Part shown: positions 1 through 13,241 of the stretch, piece by piece | How the letters are laid out: each line of letters begins with the position of its first letter | Numbering within the stretch: the stretch's first letter is position 1 | From: Ginglymostoma cirratum | Lineage: Eukaryota | Assembly (NCBI GenBank): GCA_024137785.1 | Contig: JAHRHZ010000099.1 | Span: 2,216,494 to 2,280,493 of the forward strand | Length of the DNA stretch: 64,000 nt | Direction: 5' to 3' | Position numbers and translations under genes: made by a program | Notes under the pieces: model-generated | Told to the model about the DNA's origin: nothing | What the model saw: the letters and a program-made list of their open reading frames with translations, nothing else | The model's database searches: none

Positions 1-2561
1 ATGTTCTATCTGCATGATCATAATTTCGTTTATATGTGTGTATGTAGCGAGTTAATTCAGTTTTCAACCTGTGGCTCGTTCCTGATACAAGATCCTCTTG
101 TAAAATATGACGAAGCAATTACAAGAGAGAACAGCTTAATATAAGCGGTTATGATAACAATTCCCATAATTCATAGCACTGGTGGCAGCTCGCAGTGACA
201 GTCCATCCTCTCTATTGGCAAAGCTGGAATTGTAAAGATAGTATACCAAATTTACTTTGACAGTTTTCGGCTGAAGGCTTCTATATGCGTTATATTTCTA
301 ATGTTGAACAATATCTGCCTTCAGTTAACTTTAAGCCACATTAAACAGGAGTGGATATGAAATGTACAGAACGAAAGCTATGGGGAACCACTTCAAGTAG
401 TCTCACTGATTTGCAAATGTGAAACTGGAGAGGAGAAATGGGTGGAGCTAAATTCTGCAATTACCGGCAGGTTTACGTGAATTATGAAATTAAATTATAT
501 TCTAGTTAGGTGGGGTCTGGAAATGGACTTTGATGTAAATCGTTTACAGAGATTTCTGTGACCACATGGGCCGTGCGGCTTATACAATTCATTGGTCCTC
601 ACGTACCCCGATTAGCTGGTGCAACGACTCATTCAGCCACTCTCATACCAGTTGTATTTTGCCGCGAAGCCGTAAAGAGAAAGTGTTGTTAAATACAGCA
701 ATACATTCATGAGATTTCACAAAGAATTGGAGGCTGGAAATGGGACGGTCGCCCACCAGAATAGTTTGTTTTTGTCCTGAGAGGAATAGATTTAAAGGAA
801 AGAGGGACAACTTCTGAGGAGAATTGTTTGGCATGTCAGCTCACCTTGACGGCAATGCAGAGAGCAGAGTCGTTGAGTGGGAACATAATCGAGAGAACTG
901 AAGGGAGGTCTCTTGGAGCAGATGAGCTCAAAGACAGCGTGAGGGGAGATAAAAGAAACTTGTGTCACAGCAGTAAAGCTCGCCTGATGTCCACTGCGTG
1001 TCTGACAGATTCAGAAACTGCTCACACTGAAGATGTTGGCAGTCTCTTTTTGAATCCGACTGGTGACAGTGTCATTTCCTGCAGTATCCTAAACTGTAGT
1101 CAGTTCAATCTGCAGAGCGCCCCAGATGAAACCAATTCACCAAAACTGACCAGAATCACCGTAATTTAGTTGGAAGAAGACAGAAAGACAGGTGGAACTG
1201 GTGAATCTGAAAGCGAATGCACAAAATTATAAAGGCCCTTCATTCTCAGCTGGGAATGCAGAAATAAAACCGTTTCAATGACTTTTGTAAAGAAAGGACG
1301 ACTTGAATTCGTTATAACAAGACTTTTAACATAATATTCCAACATAGTAAGTGCAAATTAAGTCGGAAAATCACAATTAAATGTCAATAGAACAGCTTAA
1401 GCCAGTCCCTTGGACCCTTCGATTTTGGAAGTGAAATTGATATTGAGAAGTCGATATACCGTTAAACGCGGAGACTAATTGAAAATTACGCTTTGAATTG
1501 AAGGCATTGGCTAAATTATTTCCATGACCATCAATGAAGACCAGTGATAGCCTCGTGGCTTCACTAGGCTTCACTGCCGACTATGAGGAACAGCCAGTAC
1601 AGTTCACTCATGTACTTTAGGAAAGGCAATCTGCAATTCTTACATTCACCTTCATGTGACTTGAGATTCAATCAGGACTCTTAACTGCTTTCTAAAAGGG
1701 TCTAGCAAGTTATTCTGTACTCGTCATTCACGTGTTGTTCTCATGGTACCTTACGTACCATGTCCCAGACACCCATCACGATTCTTGTTGTCAGTGCTTC
1801 AGGGAGTCAATCCGTAAAGATTGTTACTTCTGTGGGAACAGATTCTCATAGAGAGGGTGTGGAATTTTCTATTGGCAGGAGGTAATGAGGCGGGTACTGT
1901 AACATATATCAGTATTCAATGACATTAAGAGACCAGATATTAATGTCCAACAGTCAGACTTGCAGATTTTGAATTTGAAGAGGAGAACTTTAGAAAAGGT
2001 AATCGCAGATTAGTTCTCAGTGTCGCAAGCCAGTCAGAGTGGAAACCGGCAAGACAGAAATATCAATTTGTGGTTTGAGGCACAGTGCAGAGTGGATGGC
2101 TACGCTTTCTTGGGGCATTATGGCCAGTTGAGGGGAAGGATGCAGGTACTGAGAAGGCATCTTGACACCTCAACAAGATCGGGGCGGAAAAAAATGACAC
2201 AAAGGAGACAGAACCACTCGGGATGAGCATCTCATCTCCCCCCATGAAGATGAAGTTTGTCGAAAATAGTAGCCACCCTGAAAGGTTGAATGACTGAATG
2301 AATGAATAAATTTATTATCATATGCATGTTACAGTGATTTTTTTAAAAAGACGGTAAAATATGGTGAAGGTTTTTCCCAATGTCTCCATGTTCTAGTGCA
2401 TTTTTGAATAATTGAAGAATAAGAAAAAAATAGAAAGTTAAAGCTGAACGCGAGAGCGCATCAGTCCCAAGTCGGCTCATCACTATCAATGACGCATGCA
2501 TTGCCATTTCTCCTCTACAACCTCTCCGCTGTCGACACCGGACCCAACCAATCTTGAAGTA

Positions 2562-3499
2562 TAAAGGTTTTGAGATTTGTAGCTCGGCTTGTGGATGAGG
2601 TTGCAGACTTGCTCGCTGAGTCAGTGTGTTTGATTACAGATGTTTCGTCACCCTGCTAGGTAACATCGTCAGTGCACCTCCGGTGAAGCGTTGGCATTCG
2701 GCCCCACTTGTTATTTATATGCCTCGATTTGCTGGGGTAGTCGCTATTACTTCCGGTTCTGCTTTTCAGTGGTTTGTATATCGGGTCCAGTTCAATGTGT
2801 TTGTTGACGGAGTTTCGGTTAGAATGTCAGGCCTCCAAGAATTCCCTGGCATGTCTCTGTTTGGCTCGTGCTATTATGGATGTGCTGACCCAGTCGAATC
2901 TGTGTCCTTCTTTGTCCGCTTGTATTGAGACCAGTGAGAATTGGTCACGTCTCTCGGTGGCTAGTTGGTGTTCATGCATCCTTATTGCCAGTTTTCTTCC
3001 AGTTTGGCCCATGTAAAGTTTCTCACAGTCTTTGTGTGGTATTTTGTACATTACATCAGTTTTATTGGTTGTGAGTATGGGGTCCTTTACGTTTGTCAGT
3101 AGCTGTCGCAGTGTAGTTGTTGGTTTGTGGGCTACCCTGATACCTAGGGGCCTAAGTAGTCTTGTGGCCATTTCTGGCATGTCCCTGATGTATGTTAGGG
3201 TGACTAGTGTGTCAAGCTGTGTTGTGTCTTCTTGCTGTGGTCTGTCACGGAGGCAACGGTGGACTGTGGAAGAAAACTGGCAATGACGATATAAGAGCAC
3301 CAACTATCCTCCAAGAGACAGGTCTAGTTCTCACTGGTCTCAATACACACGGACAAAGAAGGACACGAATTTGATTGGGACAACACATCCATAATAGCAC
3401 AAGCCAAACAGAGACGTGCCAGGGAATTCCTGGAGGCCGGGCATTGTAGCCGGAACTCTGTCAATAAAAGTATTAAATTCGACCCGACATACCAACCAT
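2562..3499 (-). mobile_element. Penelope-like element 3' fragment (GIY-YIG) with an inverted partial copy
   Basis: ORF 2827-3303 has VMYKIP..DC.KLYMGQTGR.L..R..EH...HRFDW...REFLEA. 3265-3499 is an inverted copy of the same region. TTGAAGTA flanks both ends (2554-2561, 3500-3507). Confidence 0.85.
2637..2674 (-). ncRNA. Hammerhead ribozyme-like motif in a Penelope terminus
   Basis: CUGACGA-U-[GUUACCU-AGCA-GGGUGAC, 7-bp stem II]-GAAA-CAUC. The stem III tetramer is ACAU rather than ACGU. Confidence 0.65.
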
Positions 3500-4749
3500 T
3501 TGAAGTAGTTGATCCTCAGATTCCATCTTTCTACACTAGGCCAAATCACATACAACACTGCCTCGCCGCCTGTGCCAAATTCACCAACATTAGAGCCACA
3601 TCTCATGCTGCAGGGCCTATCTCGATGTCAAAGTAATGCCCCCACCTACTCCGGACCTAACCAATGACAAACTCGCTGATCCTCAAGCAGCATTTTTTAC
3701 TGCTAGGCTTACACACTGATGTTGCTTCCGGCTGTAGCAGCGGTTGATTCCAATGCGGACTCAGTGGTCAGCCGGGAAAGCAAAGGTCCTTTCTCCTCCA
3801 CGCTGGTCAACCTCACCTCCGCATTGGGCCCACTCTTCTTCACACTGGTCTTGTGGAGAAGTCTGAACTGGGGTTACTCCACACTGGGACTGTTCGAGGA
3901 GAGCGCTGGGTCCAATCAAAGTCTGCACAGGCCTCTAACTGTCGCTAATGCCATCAGAACTTGGAAGTGAAGGGAAATAGAGAAATTAAAAACTAGGAAA
4001 AACGAAAAAAGAGAAAAGGGGGTCAGAGCAGACGAACTCCAGTTCAGAAGCCCTACTCTACCACCATCTTGAAGGATGTTGAAGGTGGAGTTTAAAGAGA
4101 AGTGCTATGTACAGAACAAAACAACTTCTTTTTTATACGCAGGCGGCACCGGGATCTTTTTGTTTTGGAATTTAGACTTTCATTTTAAATTTGTTGGTAA
4201 GAATGTAGATAATTGCACTTCTTCCGAGATGTTTTGCGACTTTTGCGCAGTGACTCTTTAAAGTGTAAAATCATGTAGGTTTAAACTTATTTAACATCAA
4301 GATTTGTACAGACATTTAAAACGTGCAAGACATTTCACTCAACTGATCAATTCAGCCAATAGGTAATGGTATAGACCACTGAAAACGCATGTACTATTCA
4401 TTGCAAACTCCAGAATCATAAACCTTGTCCCCTGTAAAGTGTGTACAGAATGTAGAACATGCAACATTGCATCAAGTTAGATTTTAATAATGGATAAATT
4501 AACTGTGAATTTGAGCTGTTGCACGGCAGTGGCACCGTCCCTACCTCTGGACGAGAAGACCCAATTCAGAACTCCATAACTCTCAGTACATGTCTGAACG
4601 GGTTGACTAAAAATGGCTGCAAATGTCCCAGGGCCCAAAGCAGTACAGGTATTAGAATTGAATATGGGAAGATCCAATGCATGGAGCTACTTTGGACGAA
4701 TTAAAAATCGACTTTTTCTGAATTAAATGTCTCTAAAAGACAACGAAAT

Positions 4750-6300
4750 GCAATAAGTGAAGGATGTCCACAGAGGGAGTGGGACATTCGAACATGGTGA
4801 GCAGGTTATTAAACTGAATTCTGCGATGCTGTACTAACAGAAAGCAACAGGGCAGAATGAATAGGGCAGGAATAATACCATTCTGCCTTATCAACGCACG
4901 AATCCTTGTAACCATACTATTTCTCATGCAAGTGTTCCCCTGTGCAACATCATCAGAAAACACAACATGTGTACGTTTTCAGTAACCATAACTCAATGCC
5001 CTGACTTTAATGGTGAAGCAGGCTTGAATCTCCTTGATATTTCAAAGGATCTACAGAGACTCACTGTCTCCCAGACCAAAGGAAAAGCAAAGCAAGGAAA
5101 GTTCAGGCCCAGTTCTAACTGGCACACTTCATGAGATCAGCGTAGCTTTCCACTCAGACCTGGACAAAGCAGATACTGGAAACAAAGTTAGAAGGTGGGG
5201 AAAGATGTGCCAGCACTTACAAGGCAGTGCTACCATTGTTCTTTTCTGACATTGGCACTTGAGCTGAAGCAATGTCCAGATAGTAAGATAACTCATCCTA
5301 GCTTGTATAAGAGACATCAGAAACAGAGATAGATCACTTGACATGTGTCTCATTTAACCGAGGTTAGGCCTCCGGCAAAGAAGACAAACAGCAGAGAGAG
5401 GGTAAAGTCGAAGTAATTGCCTCAGGAAATCAATCACATCAGACCCAACAGGGCGATGTTCCTAGGTGTGAAATTACATGGAAAAGGGCGCAGAGAGCGA
5501 TCAAGTAGTTAGTCTCCAGAAAGGGGAAACTTCAAAGCTGAGTCAAATATCCAAGAACCAAATTTCTGAAGATTAGGCCTCACCAGAAAAGCCATCAATG
5601 ATTTGTGTACGGTATTGCAGGACAAACTAAGCCCCATGGGGAATAGCTGTTAACACTCCTCAGTGACACTGAAGGTCCACGTGACACAGAATGTCTATGC
5701 CTCTTCACAATTTCTATGATCCATTTGATGAAATCTGGGATCTGGCAATCTGTGGTGCAGAGATGAAACACGTTGTAGATAAATGTCCTGTTCAAGAGAG
5801 CAAAGAACAATCTATATTTGCACACTAATCTGTACAGTCAATCTAAATGAGTCATGGGTTTCAGGGTCATCTCTGAACTCCTCCAGGTGAGATATTGATC
5901 AACTGAACGCGTGTGGCTATTAAAACCACAAATGACAAGTCTATGTCTGTCACGAAACTGAGGCATTGATGTATATCCAATCGGTGGCCACCGCAGAAAG
6001 CTCTTTCACGCGTGTGCACAGTTCCCAGGAAGTCACCAATGTACATACGTAGTTCAGCAGCCTAATGTGACATAACTATTCCTGCTTCATGCTTGCCATG
6101 AGGGATAGATGCTCAAAGGATAGTCTACTGAGGTTGTACCTGTCACACGCAGATGCAGAGAAGCATTTAGCCAAGTGAGCTAAGGGAAGGGAAGTGAGCA
6201 GCAAGCACTTGCCAGCTTGGTGACTTTTTATTGAGTTGGGGTCTGGAGGCACGAGACATATGATCAGAAGACTAGTTCCACTGCAGATCAAACCTGTTTG
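4750..6300 (-). mobile_element. Heavily degenerate L1/Tx1-like LINE RT region
   Basis: Eroded motifs only, e.g. an SLEQD...RVS-like stretch near 5765-5805 and an SP motif near 5630-5645. No intact ORF. Confidence 0.35.
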
Positions 6301-6447
6301 CTGGTGGAATAATGATTAAAGGAGGAAGAGGTGAAACGAGCCTGATAACGGTTTCAGTGGCTTCAATATTCAAAGCTTTCTTGTATGAGACGTAATATTC
6401 AAATGAATCCTTGAAAGATACTTTGGAATATACATAGAATGGTGATT

Positions 6448-6760
6448 TCATAGAATCCCTACAGTGTGGAAACAGGCCCTTCGGCCCAACAAGTCCACAC
6501 CGATCTTCAGAGCATCCCACCCAGATCCATCCCCCCATAACCCACTTAATCTACATATCCCTGAACACTACGGGCAATTTAGCATGGCCAATCCATTTAG
6601 CCTGCGCATCTTTTGACACTGAGGAAACCAGAGCACCCAAAGGAAACCCACGCAGACACGGGGAGAATGTGCAAACCCCCCACAGATGGTCACCCGAGGG
6701 TGGAATCGAACCCGGGTTCCTGGCCCTATGAGGCAACAGTGCTAACCACTGAGCCAGTGT
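6448..6760 (-). mobile_element. HE1-type tRNA-derived SINE (V-SINE)
   Basis: A box TGGCTCAGTGG, B box GGTTCGATTCC, V-domain TTTGCACATTCTCCCCGTGTCTGCGTGGGTTTCC, and CR1-like tail GGGCCGAAGGGCCTGTTTCCACACTGTAGGGATTCTATG. Confidence 0.9.
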
Positions 6761-6799
6761 TTTCTGCTATGTCCTCTAAATCAACATGACTTCTGTAAT

Positions 6800-9400
6800 A
6801 AAACAAAGAACTGCAGATGCTGAGGGTTCAAAACAATAACTTAAATTTCAGGAAAAGCTCGACAGGTCTAGTCGCATCTGTAGAGAGAAAGCAGAGGAAT
6901 TAATTCGAGTCCTGTGACCCTTCTTCAGAAATCATAGCAGCTAGGAAATGTTGGACTATATGCTGATGAGGGAAGAGGGGAGCAATCCACAAAGCAGTCA
7001 TCCACTCTGTGTTTCATATCCCCAGTGTAGAGGAGACCACATGACGTGTAGTGAGTACAGTAAACTAAAATGAGTGAAATGCAGGTAAATCATTGCTTCA
7101 TCTGGAAGGTATGTCATAAGTCCTGGAAGGTCAGGAGGGAGAAGTAAATGCCCAACTGTTCACCTTCTGCAGTTGCATGAGATATTTCCATGGGGATGGG
7201 AGAAGTTATTAAGAGTGGAGGAGGAGTGGAGCAGTGTGCCCTGTAGGAAATATCTGAGCAAAGTACTGACAAAGGACAGGAGGAGCTATGTGCCTGATGG
7301 TGGAACCCCATTGGATGTGTCTGAAATGTCAGCTTCGAATCGTTTGGATGCAGGTGCTGGAACCATTGGAAGCGTGGACCAGAAGAACACTATCAGTTTT
7401 TTAAATAGGAAGAGAAAGGGTCAAGGCAGAAGTGTAATCTAATGGACGTGGCTAATTATCTTGTCAACCACGGTTGTAGCCAATTGTCAGTTGAAGGAAA
7501 TAATAATAGCTACTGAGGCACTCTGGCAAAACGTGACATCATCACAATAGAAGCAGCGGAGACAGAGAAACCAGGAGAGTGGAATAGGGTAATTACAGGA
7601 AGCATGGAGAGATTGTGCAGTGCAGATATGAATTTGATGGGCTGAAAGTGGTAGCCGACCCATTTCCAGAAATGTAAACAGAAATACCGAGGAATGGAGC
7701 GCAGGAATCAAAGATGGAGAAGTTGAAGACAAGAACAGAGTGAAATTTGGAAGAGAAATTGATGATTTCTTTTTCAAAGACAAAAGCAGCTCTGAAGACC
7801 TTATTGATGTACTAAAAAATTGAGTAAGATCCAATTCAGCAATATTCCACATTTTCCACAGAGACCCGTGTGGGTAGGTGTGGCCACACCTTTGATCATA
7901 AGGAAAGGAGATGAGTTAAAGGAGAAGCTGTTCAAAGAAAAGATGAGCTTGACCAGGTGGAGGAGAATGGTGATGGATGACAATTGTTCATGCCTTCTTT
8001 CCAGGAAGAAGCAAAGAACAGTTAGACTCTCCTGATGGGGGAAAGCATGTGTACGGGGATTGCAAGAGCATTTTGAAGAGGACGTGGCTGGTGCCCGCAA
8101 ACTGGAAATTTTGAAACTGATGCAATGGAGATATATGGGAATGTACAAGAGAAGGGGAGAAAAGTCACATCAAGGTAGGAGGAAATACATCCAACCGGGA
8201 GAAAGGCAGAAGCAATGGGACTACGCAGACAGTTCTGTTTGCGATTTTTGGAAAGATGTTAGATGTGGCCTGTATGGGATTGGGAACTGTGAGCTTGGAG
8301 GCTGTTGGAGGGCAGGGATTATGTGTGGGACCAGCAGAAAAGATGAGATTAGTGATTATAGTAACCTAATGTTTGATGGTGGGATCATGGTCCAGGGGTG
8401 ATGGGAGGAGGCATATAAGAGTAGGCACTCAGTCTCCAAAATGTAGCGAGATAACAAGGTGTGGGGCTGGATGAACACAGCCGGCCAAGCAGCATCATAG
8501 GAGCAGGAAAGCTTGACGTTTCGGGCCTGGACCCTTCATCAGGAAAACAAAAAATCAGACAGCCCCACACCTTGTTATCTCGGATTCTCCAGCATCTGCA
8601 GTACCTTTTATCTCCAAAATGTAGCGGTCATTGCACAGACAGCAATGGCACCGCATTTGGCGTAGTCTTATTAACAAAGTCAAGGTTGAATCTGAGAGTA
8701 CAGAGAGTAGTCCATTCAGAGGGAGGGAGAATCGAAGGGGTTGAGGGGGGGAGGTTGGGCAGTGCAGAGAAATCAAGGCGATTGACATCATGTCAACAGC
8801 TCTCAATGAAAAGATTGAGCCAGGTAACATACCACAGGGTGGTTTCCAGGTAGAGGGAGACTGTTGGAGGCCGGTGAAGGAATGATTGAATGGCGATGGA
8901 CATTTGTCCAGTGAAATGGTCATGGAGATCGAGGCAAGGGTTTTCAACGTAACATCGTGCCTGAAATTCATTGATGTGCGTATGCAGAGGGATAAAGCTA
9001 AGTCCATTGCAGAGTACAGAACGTTCAGCATCAGGGAACAGAATATCCGAAGAGACAGTAAATAACCCACAAAATATGGGATGAGGTGAAAAGATAGAGA
9101 CAGGAGAAATGGCAGAGGAAGAAGATTCCAGAGGGGCTTGGCCACCTCGAGATGCTGCAATTCGCTCTCTTTAATGCCTGAAAAGAGGAAACGTTTCTTC
9201 ATGGAATGTCAAACGACCCAGAGAATGAAGTAAAACTGAAAGGCAGGACAGCTCTGAGATTGTGCGAAGCAGTGTTGCTTGACAGAGAGTTGAAGATTGT
9301 GCTTGTGATAATGCATGGCACTGAGTGTGGATCTCTGGAAGCAGTGAGAAGAATAACTTCTGCAAATAACTGCAACAATGACATGAGACCATTGTGAGGT
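6800..9400 (-). mobile_element. Degenerate long Penelope-like retroelement
   Basis: Minus-strand remnants QSPYTCFPHQE (~8030-8063), IKGVATPTHTG (~7863-7896) and CGLLYTGD (~7015-7042) correspond to the SLYT, G.AMG and YIGET motifs. The terminal repeat is at 6800-6930. Confidence 0.7.
8449..8610. mobile_element. Palindromic Penelope-terminus insertion (family A) with hammerhead core
   Basis: Two inverted arms. Direct repeat TCTCCAAAATGTAGCG at 8433-8448 and 8611-8626. Minus-strand CTGATGA-AGGGTCCAGGCCC-GAAACGTC at ~8515-8542. Confidence 0.85.
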
Positions 9401-11390
9401 TATCGTTGTGTACTCCTATATATTCATCATTTTGGTGCTGCTCTATTATTAAAATGATTAGGAAAACACATGATGGCTGCAGCTGTCGTGTTAGAAAAGA
9501 AATTAAACTGTGATAGCTGCATTGCATTTTATTATTCTGATCTTATTTTTAAGAAATCGGCTCTCTCTCTTAAAATAGTCCAAATTAGGCTACTTTATTC
9601 TTGACAGCATGAAGCAATAATAAGTCCTATTTTCTGTCTCATATATTGGCAAATGCGGAAGCTGCTGTCAGTTTGTCTCTCGAAAATAGAAACTTCTTGG
9701 AGTTGACGTAAGTCACCCCTAAAAGGCAGCCCTCTTCAGATTGCTGTCATTCCCACTTTAAATACGCGTGTATTTTTCCTTCTTTTTTGCTTCACATTGA
9801 TGTGCCTGCTTTACCATTTCTTACCTAGAGTTCATTTTAGCCATTGTTATCTTGCTCCACTCCATCTGTGTTTTGGGAATTATCTTCATGATTCGATTAG
9901 GTTAGCTCCACAGCAACGCTGCTGGTAGAAGTGGGAGATTTCTTTCACTTAGGCTCTCAATGGCAGTAATTGAAATCAAGATTTGGACCCCAAGAATACA
10001 ATATTGTAATTTGGCCCTCGAGTATGTTTTGCAATTCATTAAGGTCCTGATATTGTAACTCAGCGCCACTTTCCTGCACTAATCCTATATTCGTCCGTTC
10101 AAAAATACATCAATTTGTGCTTGGTTGGTAATTAACGAAGCCACATCATGTATAGGTTTTTAAAGGCTAAGGGAAGAAATGTATGCTCATCTCAAGACAA
10201 AACACAATGCTCTATCACTGAAACATATCCTTCCCAATCGAGATCGTTTCCACCTCACCCCGCCAGAAATCAAACAGCATTTTGTTTGCATTCGTTCTGA
10301 CCTATAATAACTGCCGTTTCCAGTTGCAACAATTTATCTGGTTTCGTCCTGTTTCAGACTGAACAACTGCAGTGAATGGGAAGCATTCTATACTTGGTTC
10401 ACGGTGAGTGTGAAGCTAATATTTGTATATAAAATCACGACTTTAATCTAAACCATATCACATTAAATTTTACAGAATCGGTCGTTATGACCAATTACTT
10501 GCGACTAAAATCTGCCGCTTCGAAATAGGCAAACCGTATCAATTAAAGTTATCAGATAATTTTGAAAGAAAGAAGTTTGCAGTATCAGAAACTGCACTGA
10601 CAATGGGCCCCCTGAAGTCCAGAGCATAGGCAGTTGCAATATTTAACTTGGATTTGTAGGAGTCAATACTTTAGAAGCACTGACTCTAAGTACGAGGCAT
10701 GGACAAAGGATAAAGGTTTTCGCCCTACTCCATAAGGACTAGATTCATCCAAAACTATCTTTGAGATATGTTATCTATTCAGAGTTGGAGGATCTGCCAC
10801 TGCACCACAAGAGCCGTTACGTCAATCTTGAAAGTAACGATTTTCCACCACCTGTTCAGACATATACCATATTTTCAGAGGCTGGTGAGACTTGAAGCCA
10901 GGCCTGAGGGCTCAAAGGAACTGACTCAATTATTGCAGTCCAGAAGCACCTGTACGAATCACTGATTGTTTTATGCTTGAATTGAAATGTCCTCAATCTG
11001 CCAAGATAGGATTTGAATCCATATTTCTAGATCATTTGGTCAGTATTTCTAATCCAAGACATGACCACTACACAACCACCTCCCTTAGGTCTACCTTTGA
11101 GCGGATATTTTCAGATGTTCAAAGGTGCTATTACACACCTCTGGAGCAGGGCGGACTCGAAACCAGATGGAGGGAGACTACAGCTGCACCCAAAAATACC
11201 ATTTTCCTCTATCTTTGAAAATATGTTGAAGGGAATCCCATTTTTCCGACTGATGAAAATGACATCATAAAATGTGCAGAATGTTGCAAACATTAAAATT
11301 AAGGAGTCGCCACAATTAGCTAGATGTTGAGGAATGAATATGTGAGTGAATAGAAAATTATTACAACGTTTGAGATAAGCAATAGTCATT

Positions 11391-11396
11391 TTTATT
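11391..11396 (-). terminator. Putative polyadenylation signal of gene 1
   Basis: AATAAA on the minus strand ~170 nt after the C-exon stop. Confidence 0.6.
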
Positions 11397-11562
11397 ATAC
11401 TGCGAGCAGGTGCACGTTGATTTGACCACTTCAGAGTGAACACACTGTGAAATATGCACAGAGAAATTGTCACCTGTTATGATTTGAATTTGTCTACTAT
11501 ACCGAGCTTGTTTGATTTTACACAAAACTTGCCGCTAGCATAAAAAAAATTAGATATTTGAA

Positions 11563-11885
11563 TCAAACACAACTAGATTTCGTGATGCTTTTTTGAAGTG
11601 GGTTTGTTAGAGTCTCGTGTTTAACCCCACAGGAGTAAAGCTCGTGTGAATTCCACTCTGAGGCTGACAGAGTCAGATAACTGCTCATACTGAACGTGTT
11701 GTCCGTCTCCTGCTGGATCCGACTGGTCTCAACTCCGTTCCCTCTGACATTTCCGTCTACCGTCCACTGAATCTCCGCAGCTCCCGGGTTAAAACCGCTC
11801 ACCAAACACACCAAGGTCGCCTTGCTCTTTTCCGTGATTTGAACCGGTGAAGGTGGAAGGAGGGAAAGTGAAGGCGCTCGTGGAT
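11563..11885 (-). CDS. IGL: Ig light chain type II/lambda, constant exon (gene 1)
   Basis: TATTTTTCAG acceptor, phase 1, then (N)PRAPSLSLLPPS...ATLVCLVSGFNP...W...SSYLTL...YSCGVKH...KSSCV*. This is a C1-set domain with the penultimate interchain Cys. Confidence 0.95.
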
Positions 11886-12189
11886 CTGAAAAATAGGAAT
11901 AAGTCGAAGAGGAACCAATCATTAATGTATATATGGCGGAATCAGTGTTTCAGGGTTTTTAAATATTTGAAAATTTCACATCATTCTGCAAAACCATGAA
12001 GAATTTCGCGAACCGGATCCTCATTGCGTTCAACAGTGCAACAATTGCGGCTGACGGTGCTAAATAGCTAACATGAGATGATATTCTCACTTTCTAAATG
12101 CCAAGGCACGCATGAATATTCTGGAGAGGAAATTGAAACAAAGTAAAACACAAGGGCGGTTATATAGCCAGAGTTATTAATAAACAGAG

Positions 12190-12755
12190 GTGAGACCTCT
12201 TTTGGAATATTGTGTCCAGTTCTGGTGGCCCCGGTATGGGAAGGATATTATCAGGCTGGAGAGGTTTCAGAAGAGATCTACCAGGATGTTGCCAATATGC
12301 AAGGTTTGAGTTTTAAAGAAAGATTGTACAGGCTGATACTTTTTTAACTGGAGCGTAGGAGGTTGAGAGGTGACGTAATAGAAGTTTATAAAATAATGAG
12401 GGGTATAGATCGAGTTGATGGCAGTTGTCTTTTCCCGGAGACGGGGTATTTCGAGAACACGGAGCACATTTTTAAGGTGAGAGGAGACAGACTTAAAAAA
12501 GACATAAGAGGCAAACTTTTTACACAGAGCGTGGTGCGCGTGTGGAATGAACTTCCTGAAGAAGTGGTGGATGTGGGTACAACTACAACATTTAAAAGAC
12601 ATTTGGATTGATACATGACTAGGGAAGGTTTGGAGGGACGTGGGCCAGGAGCAGGCAGATGGAACTAGTTTAGTTTGGGATTATATTCAGCATGGACTAG
12701 TTGGTCCGAAGAGTCTGTTTCCGTGCTGCATTATCTATTGCTCTTATGATTATAT
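12190..12755 (+). mobile_element. CR1 LINE 3' fragment in the gene 1 J-C intron
   Basis: LEYCVQFW-like coding, RGDVIEVYKIMRGIDRVD...WNELP...FKRHLD, and a CR1 3' UTR with tail. Confidence 0.88.
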
Positions 12756-13061
12756 GACCCTGTTCAAATAACAGTAAGATGCAACAAACTAGAATTCGGA
12801 ATAAACTAACGCTGACCGAAAAAAGAAACAGCTGCAACATTTAAAACGTTTAAAGTTGCATTTCTGTACAGCCCAGTTTGCTGCTTTTCTCGCTTCTAAG
12901 AGATTCTCCACATGGTTCCCAATCCTCGCTTCCCTGTAATTTAATGTGCAAACCTTCCGAAGACTGTTCTTGCGTCAACAAAATACGCTGTTTGTGAACT
13001 TTATCGGGATCACAGTGTCACACTTTCTCACTACACAGAAAACCGCCACCTATAAATAGCC

Positions 13062-13241
13062 ACAAAAACAGAAGTTGCTAGAAAAGTTCAGCAGGTCTGG
13101 CAAAATCTGTGAAGAGCGAACGTTTCGGGTCCGGTGAACCTGCCCGGATTTCTCTTCACAAATGGTACCAAACCTGCTGAGCTTTTCCAGCAACTTCTGT
13201 TTTTGTTTCTGATTTACAGCATGGCAATTCTTTTGGATTTT
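13062..13241. mobile_element. Palindromic Penelope-terminus insertion (family B) in the gene 1 J-C intron
   Basis: Inverted arms ACAAAAACAGAAGTTGCT...AGCAACTTCTGTTTTTGT. 14-bp TSD ACCTATAAATAGCC at 13048-13061 and 13242-13255. Confidence 0.85.

Noticed and set aside
828-1169. 113-aa ORF in non-repetitive-looking DNA downstream of gene 1
   Set aside because: Non-ATG start, no domain, no convincing splice structure. An enhancer role cannot be supported from sequence alone.
8555-9202. 215-aa ORF
   Set aside because: No recognisable domain. It lies within a decayed Penelope element and reads into a nested insertion.
13011-13044. RSS-like CACAGTG ... ACAGAAAACC in the gene 1 J-C intron (possible deleting element)
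   Set aside because: The spacer is 17-18 nt, not 12 or 23, and the heptamer is not kept in the paralogous copy near 28520.
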